From positions 32,001-96,000 of the forward strand of contig JAULAX010000013.1 of the NCBI GenBank assembly GCA_032654565.1: a stretch of 64,000 nt of DNA, read 5' to 3'. Below, piece by piece: positions 55,136 through 64,000 of the stretch. The notes below the pieces were generated by a model that was given only the letters and a program-made list of their open reading frames with translations, was not told where the DNA came from and searched no databases. Numbering within the stretch: position 1 is the first letter of the stretch; each line of letters opens with the position of its first letter. This DNA comes from Anaeromyxobacteraceae bacterium. Lineage in GTDB: Bacteria; Myxococcota; Myxococcia; Myxococcales; Anaeromyxobacteraceae. A program made the translations under genes and the position numbers.

Positions 55136-56623
55136 TCAGCGGGGCTTTCCCTTCAGCCCCAGGTGGGCCGCGGCGTGGGCCGCCGCCTGGAGCCCGGCGA
55201 ACAGCTCGCCCTCCAGCCCGAGCCCCGGCAGCACCTCGCCGTTGGCCAGGAAGGTGTTCCGCCAGGGCGACCGGACCGGCAGCCCGCCCGCTCCCAGCGG
55301 CGAGGCGGCCTCGAAGCCGAGCTGGTGCGGGACCGGCGGCGGCTCGGCGCGGTGGACCAGGTGGCGCTCGCCGAAGGGGAAGGCGCCGTCGAGGGCACGC
55401 CGCAGCCGGGCGCGGCTCGACGCCTCGTCGCCGCCCGGCGGGAGGAGCGTGAAGGCCGAGGCGGTGAAGTGGCCCGGGGCGGCCTCCGCCGGCGCCCCGC
55501 GGCGGGTCTCGCGGCGGGCCGGTGAGAGCTCGAGGAGCACGGCGTCGCCCGGCGTCCCTCCCTCCTCGAGGAGCAGGGCGGCGTCCCCCAGCCCGGGCGG
55601 GCGGGCCGCGGCGCGGAGCAGCAGGTGGCAGGCGGCGAGCCGGGGGCCGGGCCGGACCGCCAGGAGCGTCTTCGCCGCCCGGCCGCCCCGCCCCTCGGCG
55701 GGGAGCAGCTCGGCGAGGCGGGCCAGCGGGCAGGCGACGACGAAGGCCCGGGCCAGCCGGGTGTCGGAGGTGCCGGCGACGCGGATCATCGCGAGCCGCC
55801 CCCCCTCCAGGCCGATCGACTCGATGCGCGCCGGCTCGGCGGCCGAGCCCAGCACCTCGCCGCGGGTCTCGGCGATGCGGCGGCGGAGCCCGTCGTCGAT
55901 CCCGGCGGCCGTGGCCACGGGGCGGTGGAGCCCCCCGAGCGCCACCCCGGCCAGCCGCCCGAGGACGAAGGCGGAGGGAGGCCCGGCCAGGCGGCCGAGG
56001 AAGCCGGCCAGGGCGGTGAGCGCGGTGGCCAGCGGGGCGTCCCCCAGCGCCGCCAGGGGGGAGGGGCCGGTGAGCAGCGCCCGGTCGAGCCCGGTCTCGG
56101 CGGCGGCGCGCCGGACGGCGCGGTCGAGCGACCAGCGATCGAGCAGGCCGGCGGGGGGGAGCGGCGGCGCCCCCTTGAGCAGCGCCCCGCCCAGCTCGGC
56201 CGAGGCGGCCAGCCGGGCCAGGCCGGCGGCCAGCGCCGCGGCCTCGGCGGGCCACTCGCGCTGGAGCTCGCGCCCCAGCCTGGCAGGGTCGGGGGCCAGC
56301 GCCAGCCGCTGGCGCGGCAGCAGCACCTGCAGCGGCGGGTCGAGCGGCTCGAGCGAGCGGGTGGCGTCGGTGGCCAGCCCCAGGTCGGTGAGCAGCGCCT
56401 CGGCGGCGGGGAGCGCGCGCAGGGAGGGGCGGAGGGTCGGCCCGACCGGGAAGAGCCAGCCGCCGTCGGCGCGCGAGAGGCTGGCGCCCCCCTCGTCGAG
56501 GAGCAGGACCCGGAAGCCCCGCCGCGAGAGCAGGGCGCCGGCCGCCGCGCCGCCCACGCCGCCGCCGACGACGCAGACGTCGTAGACCCGCTGGGTGGCC
56601 GGGGGCCTGATGGGGGTGGCCAT
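55136..56623 (-). CDS. FAD-dependent oxidoreductase (phytoene dehydrogenase-like)
   Basis: [12 protein letters not shown]ossmann motif; C-terminal PGLGLEGE; overlaps the purN stop. Confidence 0.7.
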   Translation of the reverse strand: MATPIRPPATQRVYDVCVVGGGVGGAAAGALLSRRGFRVLLLDEGGASLSRADGGWLFPVGPTLRPSLRALPAAEALLTDLGLATDATRSLEPLDPPLQVLLPRQRLALAPDPARLGRELQREWPAEAAALAAGLARLAASAELGGALLKGAPPLPPAGLLDRWSLDRAVRRAAAETGLDRALLTGPSPLAALGDAPLATALTALAGFLGRLAGPPSAFVLGRLAGVALGGLHRPVATAAGIDDGLRRRIAETRGEVLGSAAEPARIESIGLEGGRLAMIRVAGTSDTRLARAFVVACPLARLAELLPAEGRGGRAAKTLLAVRPGPRLAACHLLLRAAARPPGLGDAALLLEEGGTPGDAVLLELSPARRETRRGAPAEAAPGHFTASAFTLLPPGGDEASSRARLRRALDGAFPFGERHLVHRAEPPPVPHQLGFEAASPLGAGGLPVRSPWRNTFLANGEVLPGLGLEGELFAGLQAAAHAAAHLGLKGKPR

Positions 56624-57300
56624 CAGGCCAGCTCGGTGGACGGTGAGCGGAGCCGCTCGGCCGGGGCGGCGCCGCCGTCGAGCCGGACCCGGCGCCCCTG
56701 GAGCGAGAGCCGCCGCTCGGCGATCCACTGGATGGCCTGCGGGTAGAGCCGGTGCTCCTGCTCGAGGATGCGCGCCGCCAGCGTCGCCTCGGTGTCGCCG
56801 TCGAGCACCGGCACCGCGGCCTGGGCGATGACCGGGCCGGTGTCGGTCCCCTCGTCGACGAAGTGGACGGTGCAGCCGGCCACCTTGACGCCGGCCTCCA
56901 GCGCCTGCCGCGGCCCGTGCAGGCCGGGGAAGGCGGGGAGCAGGGCCGGGTGGATGTTCACCACCCGTGGACAGAGGCGCGAGGCCTCGGTGGGGCCGAA
57001 GGCGCGCAGGAAGGCGGGCGTGACCAGCCGCATGTAGCCGGCCAGGCAGACCAGGTCGACCCCGGCCTGCTCCAGCCGGGCCACCACCGCGGCGTCGTAG
57101 CCGGCGCGGTCGGCCACCCCCTTCGACGGCAGGCAGGCGGTGGTCACCCCGGCGCGCGCGGCCCGGTCGAGGGCGCCGGCGCCGGGGACGTTGGAGACCA
57201 CCAGGGCCACGGCGGCGTCGATGCGCCGGGCGGCGCAGGCGTCCAGCAGGGCCTGGAGGTTGGTCCCCCCGCCCGAGGCCAGGACGCCCAGCCGGATCAC
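56623..57300 (-). CDS. purN: Phosphoribosylglycinamide formyltransferase
   Basis: [35 protein letters not shown]...DTGP. Confidence 0.96.
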   Translation of the reverse strand: MIRLGVLASGGGTNLQALLDACAARRIDAAVALVVSNVPGAGALDRAARAGVTTACLPSKGVADRAGYDAAVVARLEQAGVDLVCLAGYMRLVTPAFLRAFGPTEASRLCPRVVNIHPALLPAFPGLHGPRQALEAGVKVAGCTVHFVDEGTDTGPVIAQAAVPVLDGDTEATLAARILEQEHRLYPQAIQWIAERRLSLQGRRVRLDGGAAPAERLRSPSTELA

Positions 57301-58331
57301 CGGACCACCTCGCAGGTGGCCTCGCCGGCGCCCTTCTCGATGGCGCCCACGGTCCAGCTCTCCAGGCCGCGGCCGCGCAGCACCTCGTGGACCACCGCCT
57401 CGTCGGGGGGAGCGACCACGATGGTGAGCCCCAGCCCCATGTTGAAGGTCCGGAACATCTCGTCGTGCGGGACGTTCCCCTCGCGCTCGATGAGCTCGAA
57501 GATGGGCGGCCGCGACCAGCGCCGCTCGTCGAGCACGGCGCGGGTGCCGTCGGGGAGGTTGCGCGGCATGTTGCCGGGCAGGCCGCCGCCGGTGATGTGG
57601 CCGAAGGACTTGACCTGGACCCGCTCCAGCAGGGCCAGGACGTCCTTCGAGTAGATGCGCGTCGGCTCCAGCAGGAGGTCGGCCAGGGTCCGGCCGCCGC
57701 AGGTCTCCGGCCGCCAGTCGAGCGGGTGCTTCTCCAGCAGCGCCTTGCGGGCCAGCGAGTAGCCGTTGGAGTGGAGCCCCGAGGAGGCCACGCCGAGGAC
57801 CAGGTCGCCGGGGACCACCCGGGTGCCGTCGATGATGCGGGGGCGGTCGACGCAGCCGACCGCGAAGCCGGCCAGGTCGTACTCGCCGCGCTCGTAGAAG
57901 CCGGGGAGCTCGGCGGTCTCGCCGCCGATCAGCGCGCAGCCGGCCTGCAGGCAGCCGGCGGCGATCCCCTTGACCACCTCGGCCCCCTGCTCGGCGGAGA
58001 GCTTGCCGGTGGCGTAGTAGTCGAGGAAGAAGAGCGGCTCGGCGCCGACCACGGCGATGTCGTTGACGCACATGGCGACCAGGTCGATGCCCACGGTGGC
58101 GTGCCGGTTGGCGGCGAAGGCGACCTTGAGCTTGGTGCCGACGCCGTCGGTGCCGGAGACCAGCACCGGCTGCTTGTACTTCGACACGTCGAGGGCGAAG
58201 AGGCCGCCGAAGCCGCCGATGCCGGCCAGCACCTCCGGCCGCATGGTGGGCCGGGCGTGGGGCTTGATCAGCTCGACGAGCCGGTCGCCCTCGTCGATGT
58301 CGACGCCAGCGTCGCGGTAGGTGAGGGACAT
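57297..58331 (-). CDS. purM: AIR synthase
   Basis: [41 protein letters not shown]. Confidence 0.97.
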   Translation of the reverse strand: MSLTYRDAGVDIDEGDRLVELIKPHARPTMRPEVLAGIGGFGGLFALDVSKYKQPVLVSGTDGVGTKLKVAFAANRHATVGIDLVAMCVNDIAVVGAEPLFFLDYYATGKLSAEQGAEVVKGIAAGCLQAGCALIGGETAELPGFYERGEYDLAGFAVGCVDRPRIIDGTRVVPGDLVLGVASSGLHSNGYSLARKALLEKHPLDWRPETCGGRTLADLLLEPTRIYSKDVLALLERVQVKSFGHITGGGLPGNMPRNLPDGTRAVLDERRWSRPPIFELIEREGNVPHDEMFRTFNMGLGLTIVVAPPDEAVVHEVLRGRGLESWTVGAIEKGAGEATCEVVR

Positions 58332-58445
58332 GCGCCCCCTGTACCGCGGGCGGGGCCGGGGCCGCAAGGCGTTCCCGGGAGGCCGCCGCCTCCGGCGGAC
58401 GCTTCGTTGGCGCGGCGCGCCTGTCTGCTACCATGGGCGAACCCG

Positions 58446-60794
58446 ATGGCCGCCCCCCGCCGCGCCCTGTTCCGCATCGACGCCTTCCGGCTGGCGCTCT
58501 ACGTCGGGCTGGTGCTGACCGGCCTCCACCTCCTCGACGTCCTCTGGGCGCGCAAGGGCTCGCAGCTCCCGGTGATCTCGCGCATCGAGTACGCCGCCCA
58601 GGACTACGCCCTGACCACGCTGCGAGGCCCGCGGGCCCCCTCCGGCGACGTGCTCATCGTGGCCATCGACGAGCGCTCCATCGAGGCGCTGGGGATCTGG
58701 CCCTGGAGCCGGGCCCAGATGGCCCGGCTGGTCGAGGCCCTGGCCGCGGCGGGCGTCCAGGCGGCCGGCTTCGACATGATCTGGAGCGACGCCGACGTCC
58801 AGGGGGCGCGCGCCGCCGAGGTGGCGCGGCGGATCAAGGCGGCCCGGGCCCTGGCCACCGGCGAGGAGGCGGCCCGCCTCGACGGGATCTGGGGGGCGGC
58901 GCGCTGGAGCGACCTCTCCATCCCGCCCGACGCCGACCCCACCGGCCTGCTCGCCGACGCCATCGAGAGCGCCCACAACGTCACCATCGGCTTCATGTTC
59001 CGCAGCGACGTGACCAGCCCGGCCGCCGCCCAGGAGGCGGTGAAGCGGCTCCGCTTCTTCCAGACCGAGCCGGTGCACGTCATCGACGACCAGCAGCGCA
59101 TCGTCGCCGACCCGGCCGGGGGGCAGCGGACGGCCGGCCGGTCCTTCCCCGGGGTGCTGACGCCGGTGGACGAGCTGATCAAGGTCTCCAACAGCGGCGG
59201 CTACTTCACCGTGCTCCCCGACGCCGACGGCGTCTTCCGCCGCTACCACCTGGTGGCCAGCACCGGAGGCGTCACCTTCCCCTCGCTGGGGCTGGCGCTG
59301 CTGGCCCGGGTCAAGGGGCGGGGCGGGGTCCCGGCCCCCATCTTCCCGGTGGGCGTGGCCGGCTCCAGCGTGCTGGTGGGGGCGCGCCTCGGCGACCTGG
59401 AGATCCCCACCGACGACTTCGGGCGGGCGCCGCTCTCCTACTACGGCCACTTCCGCGACTTCCCCTCGGTCTCGGCGGTCGACGTGCTCACCGGCAAGGT
59501 GGGGCCGGAGCGGCTGCGCGGCAAGCTGGTGGTGGTGGGCGCCACCGCCCCGGGGACCTGGGACCAGCGGGTGACCCCGTTCGACGACAACGCCCCCGGC
59601 GTCATCACCCACGCCACCTTCGTGGAGAACGTGCTGCACGGCGAGCTGCTGGAGCGGTCGCAGCGGGTGGTGGCGGGCGAGGTGCTGGCCATGGCGCTGG
59701 CCTCGGTGGGGCTGGCCTGGCTCTTCTCCCGGGTCGGCCCGGTGGCGGCGGCCCCGGCGCTGCTGGCGGTCACCGCGCTCTGGGGGGCGGTCTCGGTGCT
59801 GGCGCTGCGGCGCTTCAACCTGGTGCTGGCCACCGGCCTGCCGCTGCTGCAGGTGCTCAGCATGTTCCTCACCGCCACCACCTACCGCTTCTTCTCCGAG
59901 GAGCGGGCCAAGCGCAAGGCGCGCGACTCCTTCTCCCGCTTCCTGGCGCCGGCCATCGTCGACGAGGTGCTGGGGCGCGAGGGCTCGCTGCAGCTGGGCG
60001 GGGAGAAGCGTGAGCTGACCGCGCTCTTCGCCGACATCCGCGGCTTCACCACCATCTCCGAGCGGCTCGACCCGCACCGGCTGCTGGAGCTGCTCAACCA
60101 GTACCTGACCCCCATGACCGACGTCATCGTCTCCCGCCACCAGGGGACGCTCGACAAGTACATGGGCGACGCCATCATGGCCTTCTGGGGGGCGCCCAAG
60201 GCGCAGCCGGACCACGCGCTGCGGGCCTGCCAGGCGGCGCTGGAGATGCTGCGCGAGCTGGAGCGGCTGCGGCGGGGCTGGGCCGCCGACGGGCTGCCGG
60301 ACATCGACATCGGCATCGGCCTCAACACCGGCCCCATGTCGGTGGGCTTCGTCGGCAGCCAGGACCGCTTCTACAACTACACCATCCTCGGCGACGCGGT
60401 GAACCTGGCCTCGCGGCTGGAGGGGGCCAACAAGCAGTACGGCACCCGCATCATCATCGGGCAGGAGACCTGGGCCCAGGTGCAGGGGAGGGTGGTGGCG
60501 CGGCCGCTCGACCTGCTGCGGGTCAAGGGCAAGCTGGAGCCGGTCCGCATCTACGAGCTGATGGGGATGGGGCCGGCCTCGGCGGCCGACGCCGCCTTCC
60601 TCGAGGCCTTCGCCTGGGGGTACGGGGCCTGGCGGGCCCAGCGCTGGGACGAGGCCATCGCCCGCTTCGAGGACGCCGACCGGCTCCGCGGCGGCGACGA
60701 GTGCTCGCGGGTGTACATCACCCGCTGCGAGCGGATGCGCCTCGAGCCGCCCGGCCCCGACTGGGACGGCGCCTTCACCATGGAGACCAAGTGA
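58446..60794 (+). CDS. CHASE2-domain class III adenylate cyclase
   Basis: CHASE2 (VAIDERSI...WPWSR, DADG..RR), three TMs, FADIRGFT, DKYMGDA, YTILGDAVNLASRLEG, VKGK. Confidence 0.92.
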   Translation: MAAPRRALFRIDAFRLALYVGLVLTGLHLLDVLWARKGSQLPVISRIEYAAQDYALTTLRGPRAPSGDVLIVAIDERSIEALGIWPWSRAQMARLVEALAAAGVQAAGFDMIWSDADVQGARAAEVARRIKAARALATGEEAARLDGIWGAARWSDLSIPPDADPTGLLADAIESAHNVTIGFMFRSDVTSPAAAQEAVKRLRFFQTEPVHVIDDQQRIVADPAGGQRTAGRSFPGVLTPVDELIKVSNSGGYFTVLPDADGVFRRYHLVASTGGVTFPSLGLALLARVKGRGGVPAPIFPVGVAGSSVLVGARLGDLEIPTDDFGRAPLSYYGHFRDFPSVSAVDVLTGKVGPERLRGKLVVVGATAPGTWDQRVTPFDDNAPGVITHATFVENVLHGELLERSQRVVAGEVLAMALASVGLAWLFSRVGPVAAAPALLAVTALWGAVSVLALRRFNLVLATGLPLLQVLSMFLTATTYRFFSEERAKRKARDSFSRFLAPAIVDEVLGREGSLQLGGEKRELTALFADIRGFTTISERLDPHRLLELLNQYLTPMTDVIVSRHQGTLDKYMGDAIMAFWGAPKAQPDHALRACQAALEMLRELERLRRGWAADGLPDIDIGIGLNTGPMSVGFVGSQDRFYNYTILGDAVNLASRLEGANKQYGTRIIIGQETWAQVQGRVVARPLDLLRVKGKLEPVRIYELMGMGPASAADAAFLEAFAWGYGAWRAQRWDEAIARFEDADRLRGGDECSRVYITRCERMRLEPPGPDWDGAFTMETK

Positions 60795-60835
60795 ACGTGG
60801 CGCCGCCCAAGGGTGCGCGGCGCCTGGACCATTCT

Positions 60836-60864
60836 TTGACGGCCCGTTCGGCGTCGGCTAAGTG
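60836..60864 (+). promoter_or_regulatory. Possible sigma70-like promoter for the CRP and PDE genes
   Basis: TTGACG-N17-TAAGTG, 24 nt before ATG 60889. Confidence 0.45.
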
Positions 60865-60888
60865 ACCAGCGAGGATCTCCGCCCCCGA

Positions 60889-61536
60889 ATGTCCGACGAC
60901 CCCCTCTTCCAGCGCTTCGGCCGGGAATTCCCCCGGGGGACCGTCCTCTTCCACGAGGGGGACCCGGGCCGGGAGATGTTCGTCATCAACGCCGGCAGCG
61001 TCACCATCACCAAGCGGGTCGGCGAGGTGGAGAAGATCCTCTCCCGGCTCGGCGTCGGCGAGTTCCTCGGCGAGATGGCCATCCTCAACAACAAGCCGCG
61101 CAGCGCCACCGCGGTCTGCGCCGAGGACTGCCGGCTGCTGGTCATCGACGCCAAGACCTTCGAGACCATGATCCGCTCCAACGCCGAGATCGCGGTCCGG
61201 CTCATCAAGAAGCTCTCCGACCGGCTGGCCGAGGCCAACGAGCAGATCGAGAACCTGCTGCTCACCGACGCCGCCTCGCGGGTGGTGCACTGGCTGTCGG
61301 TGACCGCCGAGCGCGGCACCCGGACCGCGGCCGGCATGAAGATCGACATGGCGCCCCGCGACCTGGCGGCCCGCGTCGGGGTCAAGCCCGACCAGGCCGA
61401 CGAGGCGCTCATGAAGCTGCTCAAGGCCAAGATCATCTCGGTCCACCCCGACGGCTTCGTGGTGCCCGACACCGACAAGCTCCGCCACTTCCTGGAGTTC
61501 CTCCAGATGAAGGCCCAGTTCGGGGAGGCCGGGTGA
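60889..61536 (+). CDS. Crp/Fnr family cNMP-binding regulator
   Basis: FHEGDPG, FLGEMAILNNKPRSATA phosphate-binding cassette; C-terminal winged HTH. Confidence 0.9.
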   Translation: MSDDPLFQRFGREFPRGTVLFHEGDPGREMFVINAGSVTITKRVGEVEKILSRLGVGEFLGEMAILNNKPRSATAVCAEDCRLLVIDAKTFETMIRSNAEIAVRLIKKLSDRLAEANEQIENLLLTDAASRVVHWLSVTAERGTRTAAGMKIDMAPRDLAARVGVKPDQADEALMKLLKAKIISVHPDGFVVPDTDKLRHFLEFLQMKAQFGEAG

Positions 61537-62297
61537 AGTTCCGCGTCCTCGGCTGCTCGGGGGGCGAGCTCCCCCACCACCGGACCACCTGCTTCCTGGT
61601 GGACGGGCGGCTGGCCATCGACGCCGGGGCGCTGACCTCCTCGCTGACGCTGTCCCGCCTGCTCAAGGTCGACGACGTGGTGCTGACCCACAGCCACTTC
61701 GACCACATCAAGGACGTGCCGCTGCTGGCCGACCTGCTGGTGGGGCGGCGCACCACGCCGGTGCGGGTCCACGCCTCCACCGAGTGCGCCGAGACGCTGC
61801 GCCAGAGCATCTTCAACGGGAAGCTCTGGCCCGACTTCACCCGCATCCCCTCGGCGCGGGCGCCGGTGCTGGAGCTGCGCTCCTTCACCACCGGGCAGGC
61901 CTTCCAGGCCGGCGCGCTGCGCTTCCAGCCGGTGCCGGTCCGCCACCCGGTCGAGTCGGTGGGGTTCGTGGTCTCCAACGGCCGGACCTCGTTCGCCATC
62001 TCCGGCGACACCGGGCCGACCACCGGGTTCTGGAGGCTGGTCAACGCCACCAGCGGCCTCAAGGCGGTGCTGGTCGAGCTCTCCTTCCCCAACGAGCTGC
62101 AGCGGCTGGCCGACCTCTCCGGTCACCTGACGCCGCAGACGCTGGCCCGGGAGCTGGCCAAGCTGAAGGATGCCAGCCTCCCCATCCTGCTCTACCACCT
62201 GAAGCCGGGCTACGTGCCCAAGCTGCGCCGCGAGGTGGCCGCGCTCGGCCTCCCGCAGGTGCGCATCCTCAAGGTCGGCGACACCTTCACCTTCTGA
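61533..62297 (+). CDS. MBL-fold class II cyclic nucleotide phosphodiesterase
   Basis: VLGCSGG, IDAG, THSHFDHI, IFN..WPDF, SGDT, SFPN, HLTP, HLKP. Confidence 0.85.
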   Translation: MKFRVLGCSGGELPHHRTTCFLVDGRLAIDAGALTSSLTLSRLLKVDDVVLTHSHFDHIKDVPLLADLLVGRRTTPVRVHASTECAETLRQSIFNGKLWPDFTRIPSARAPVLELRSFTTGQAFQAGALRFQPVPVRHPVESVGFVVSNGRTSFAISGDTGPTTGFWRLVNATSGLKAVLVELSFPNELQRLADLSGHLTPQTLARELAKLKDASLPILLYHLKPGYVPKLRREVAALGLPQVRILKVGDTFTF

Positions 62298-62500
62298 AGC
62301 CGGGGACGGCGCGGCGGGCGCCTGCACGGCCGGGGTGGCGTCGGAGCCATCGGTGAAGCCAGTTGGCGGTCCATGACGCGCTCCGTCGAGCGCTCGGCCT
62401 GTCGTCCCCGTTCCCCCGACCCCGCTTCCGGGTGTAAACAAGCCCGGCCGGGTCGTTCCTGAAGCCGACCGGCCCGACCGCACCGAGGAGCTCCGCACCC

Positions 62501-63358
62501 ATGGCCTGGTTCTCGAAAGAAAAGAAGCTCAAGTCGAAGGGCGGCGCGGCCGAGGGCCAGCCCGCCCCCGCCAAGAAGGGCGAGGGGATCTGGAACAAGT
62601 GCGACGGGTGCGCCGAGGTGGTCTACAAGGCCGACCTGGAGAAGAACTGGAACGTCTGCCCGCTCTGCGGCCACCACGAGGTCCTGCCGGTGCGGCGGCG
62701 CTTCGACCTGCTGCTCGATCCCGGCACCTTCCAGGAGCTCGACGTCGACCTGACCCCGCAGGACCCGCTCGGCTTCACCGACGCCAAGAAGTACAAGGAC
62801 CGGCTCAAGTCGACGCTCAAGGCCACCGGCCTGCGCGACGCCTTCGTCTCCGGGGTGGGGGCCATCGGCGGCCACCCGGTCTCCATCGGCGCCTTCGCCT
62901 TCGAGTTCATGGGCGGGTCGATGGGCTCGGTGGTGGGCGAGAAGGTGGCCCGGGTCATCGACCGGGCCTACGAGCGGCGCATCCCCTGCATCGTCTTCAG
63001 CTCCACCGGCGGCGCCCGCATGCAGGAGGGGATCTTCTCCCTGATGCAGATGGCCAAGACCTCGGCGGCGCTCAACCGCTTCCGCGCCGTGCACAAGCCC
63101 TACGTCTCGGTGATGCTCCACCCCACCACCGGCGGCGTGGCCGCCTCCTTCGCCTGGCTGGGCGACGTGGTCATCGCGGAGCCCAAGGCCCTGATCGGCT
63201 TCGCCGGCCCGCGGGTCATCGAGCAGACCATCCGCGAGAAGCTGCCGCCCGGGTTCCAGCGCTCCGAGTTCCTGCTGGAGCACGGCATGATCGACGCCAT
63301 CGTGCCGCGCCTGGAGATGCGGGACCGGCTGGCGCAGATCCTCTCGCTGCTGGGCTGA
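62501..63358 (+). CDS. accD: Acetyl-CoA carboxylase carboxyltransferase beta subunit
   Basis: W.KC..C...CP.C zinc finger; [29 protein letters not shown]. Confidence 0.97.
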   Translation: MAWFSKEKKLKSKGGAAEGQPAPAKKGEGIWNKCDGCAEVVYKADLEKNWNVCPLCGHHEVLPVRRRFDLLLDPGTFQELDVDLTPQDPLGFTDAKKYKDRLKSTLKATGLRDAFVSGVGAIGGHPVSIGAFAFEFMGGSMGSVVGEKVARVIDRAYERRIPCIVFSSTGGARMQEGIFSLMQMAKTSAALNRFRAVHKPYVSVMLHPTTGGVAASFAWLGDVVIAEPKALIGFAGPRVIEQTIREKLPPGFQRSEFLLEHGMIDAIVPRLEMRDRLAQILSLLG

Positions 63359-63381
63359 AGGCCGGCGGCCCGCGGCGCGGC

Positions 63382-64000
63382 ATGGTCGATCCGCACCGGT
63401 ACCTGGAGGCGCTCTCGCCCCTGGCGATGCGCTTCGGGCTGGAGCGCGTGGCCCGGGCCCTCGACGGGCTCGGCCACCCGGAGCGGGCCGCCCCCATCCT
63501 CCACGTCGCCGGCACCAACGGGAAGGGCTCCACCTGCGCCATGGCCGCGGCCGCCCTGGGCGCCGCCGGGCACCGCGCCGGGCTCTACACCTCGCCGCAC
63601 CTGGAGCGGTTCAACGAGCGGATCGCCGTCGACGGCGCCCCCATCTCCGATGAGGACCTGGCCGAGGCGGTGGCCGAGGTCCGCGCCGCCTGCCCGTGGC
63701 ACGATGGCGGCGAGCCCGAGGAGCGGCTCAGCTACTTCGAGTTCGCCACCCTGGCCGGGCTGGTCCACTTCGCGCGCGCCGGGGTCGGGGTCTCGGTGCT
63801 GGAGGTGGGACTGGGGGGGCGGCTCGACGCCACCAACGCGGTGAGCCCGGCGGTGACCGCGGTGGCCGCCATCGGGCTCGACCACACCCAGTGGCTGGGG
63901 GAGACGGTCGAGGCGGTGGCGCGGGAGAAGGCCGGCATCTTCAAGCCCGGGATCCCGGCGGTGGTCCACGCCGTCCAGCCCCCGGGCGTGCTGGAGGCGC
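63382..64000 (+). CDS. folC: Folylpolyglutamate/dihydrofolate synthase (5' part; runs off the window)
   Basis: Manual translation from ATG 63382: HVAGTNGKGST, YTSPHLERFNERI, LEVGLGGRLDATN, IGLDHT..LG, EKAGI. Confidence 0.95.
   Translation, partial: MVDPHRYLEALSPLAMRFGLERVARALDGLGHPERAAPILHVAGTNGKGSTCAMAAAALGAAGHRAGLYTSPHLERFNERIAVDGAPISDEDLAEAVAEVRAACPWHDGGEPEERLSYFEFATLAGLVHFARAGVGVSVLEVGLGGRLDATNAVSPAVTAVAAIGLDHTQWLGETVEAVAREKAGIFKPGIPAVVHAVQPPGVLEA

Noticed and set aside
57387..58445. N-terminal extension of the adenylate cyclase ORF
   Set aside because: Antisense to purM; the credible start is ATG 58446.

Overview
Very GC-rich bacterial DNA. Gene content and style suggest an Anaeromyxobacter-like member of the Myxococcota (inference only). 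The left part (1-21.8 kb, ending at tRNA-Asn) looks accessory and envelope-focused: TetR regulator, a collapsed sensor-kinase remnant, an MlaE/F/D-like cassette with a degenerate ATPase, large Kelch/FN3/Ig-like lipoproteins with outer-membrane partners, a PAP2 + phosphoethanolamine transferase pair, an HExxH peptidase lipoprotein and a PAS hybrid kinase. The right part is mostly core genome: rpoH-like sigma factor, DEAD-box helicase, ruvX-mltG-M23, infA, mgsA, ccsA/resB-like, gcvT-H-PA-PB, folD, rpmB, purMN, a cyclase-CRP-phosphodiesterase cluster, accD and folC. It is interrupted by one IS5-family element. The most interesting candidates are (1) an orphan pair of a T3SS filament/needle-like protein and a SycD-like chaperone behind a possible sigma54 promoter, (2) highly structured leaders or intergenic RNAs (DEAD helicase, infA, 19.1-19.4 kb), (3) a REP/MITE-like composite repeat, and (4) a self-contained cAMP module. 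All calls come from reading motifs by eye; no database searches were run.
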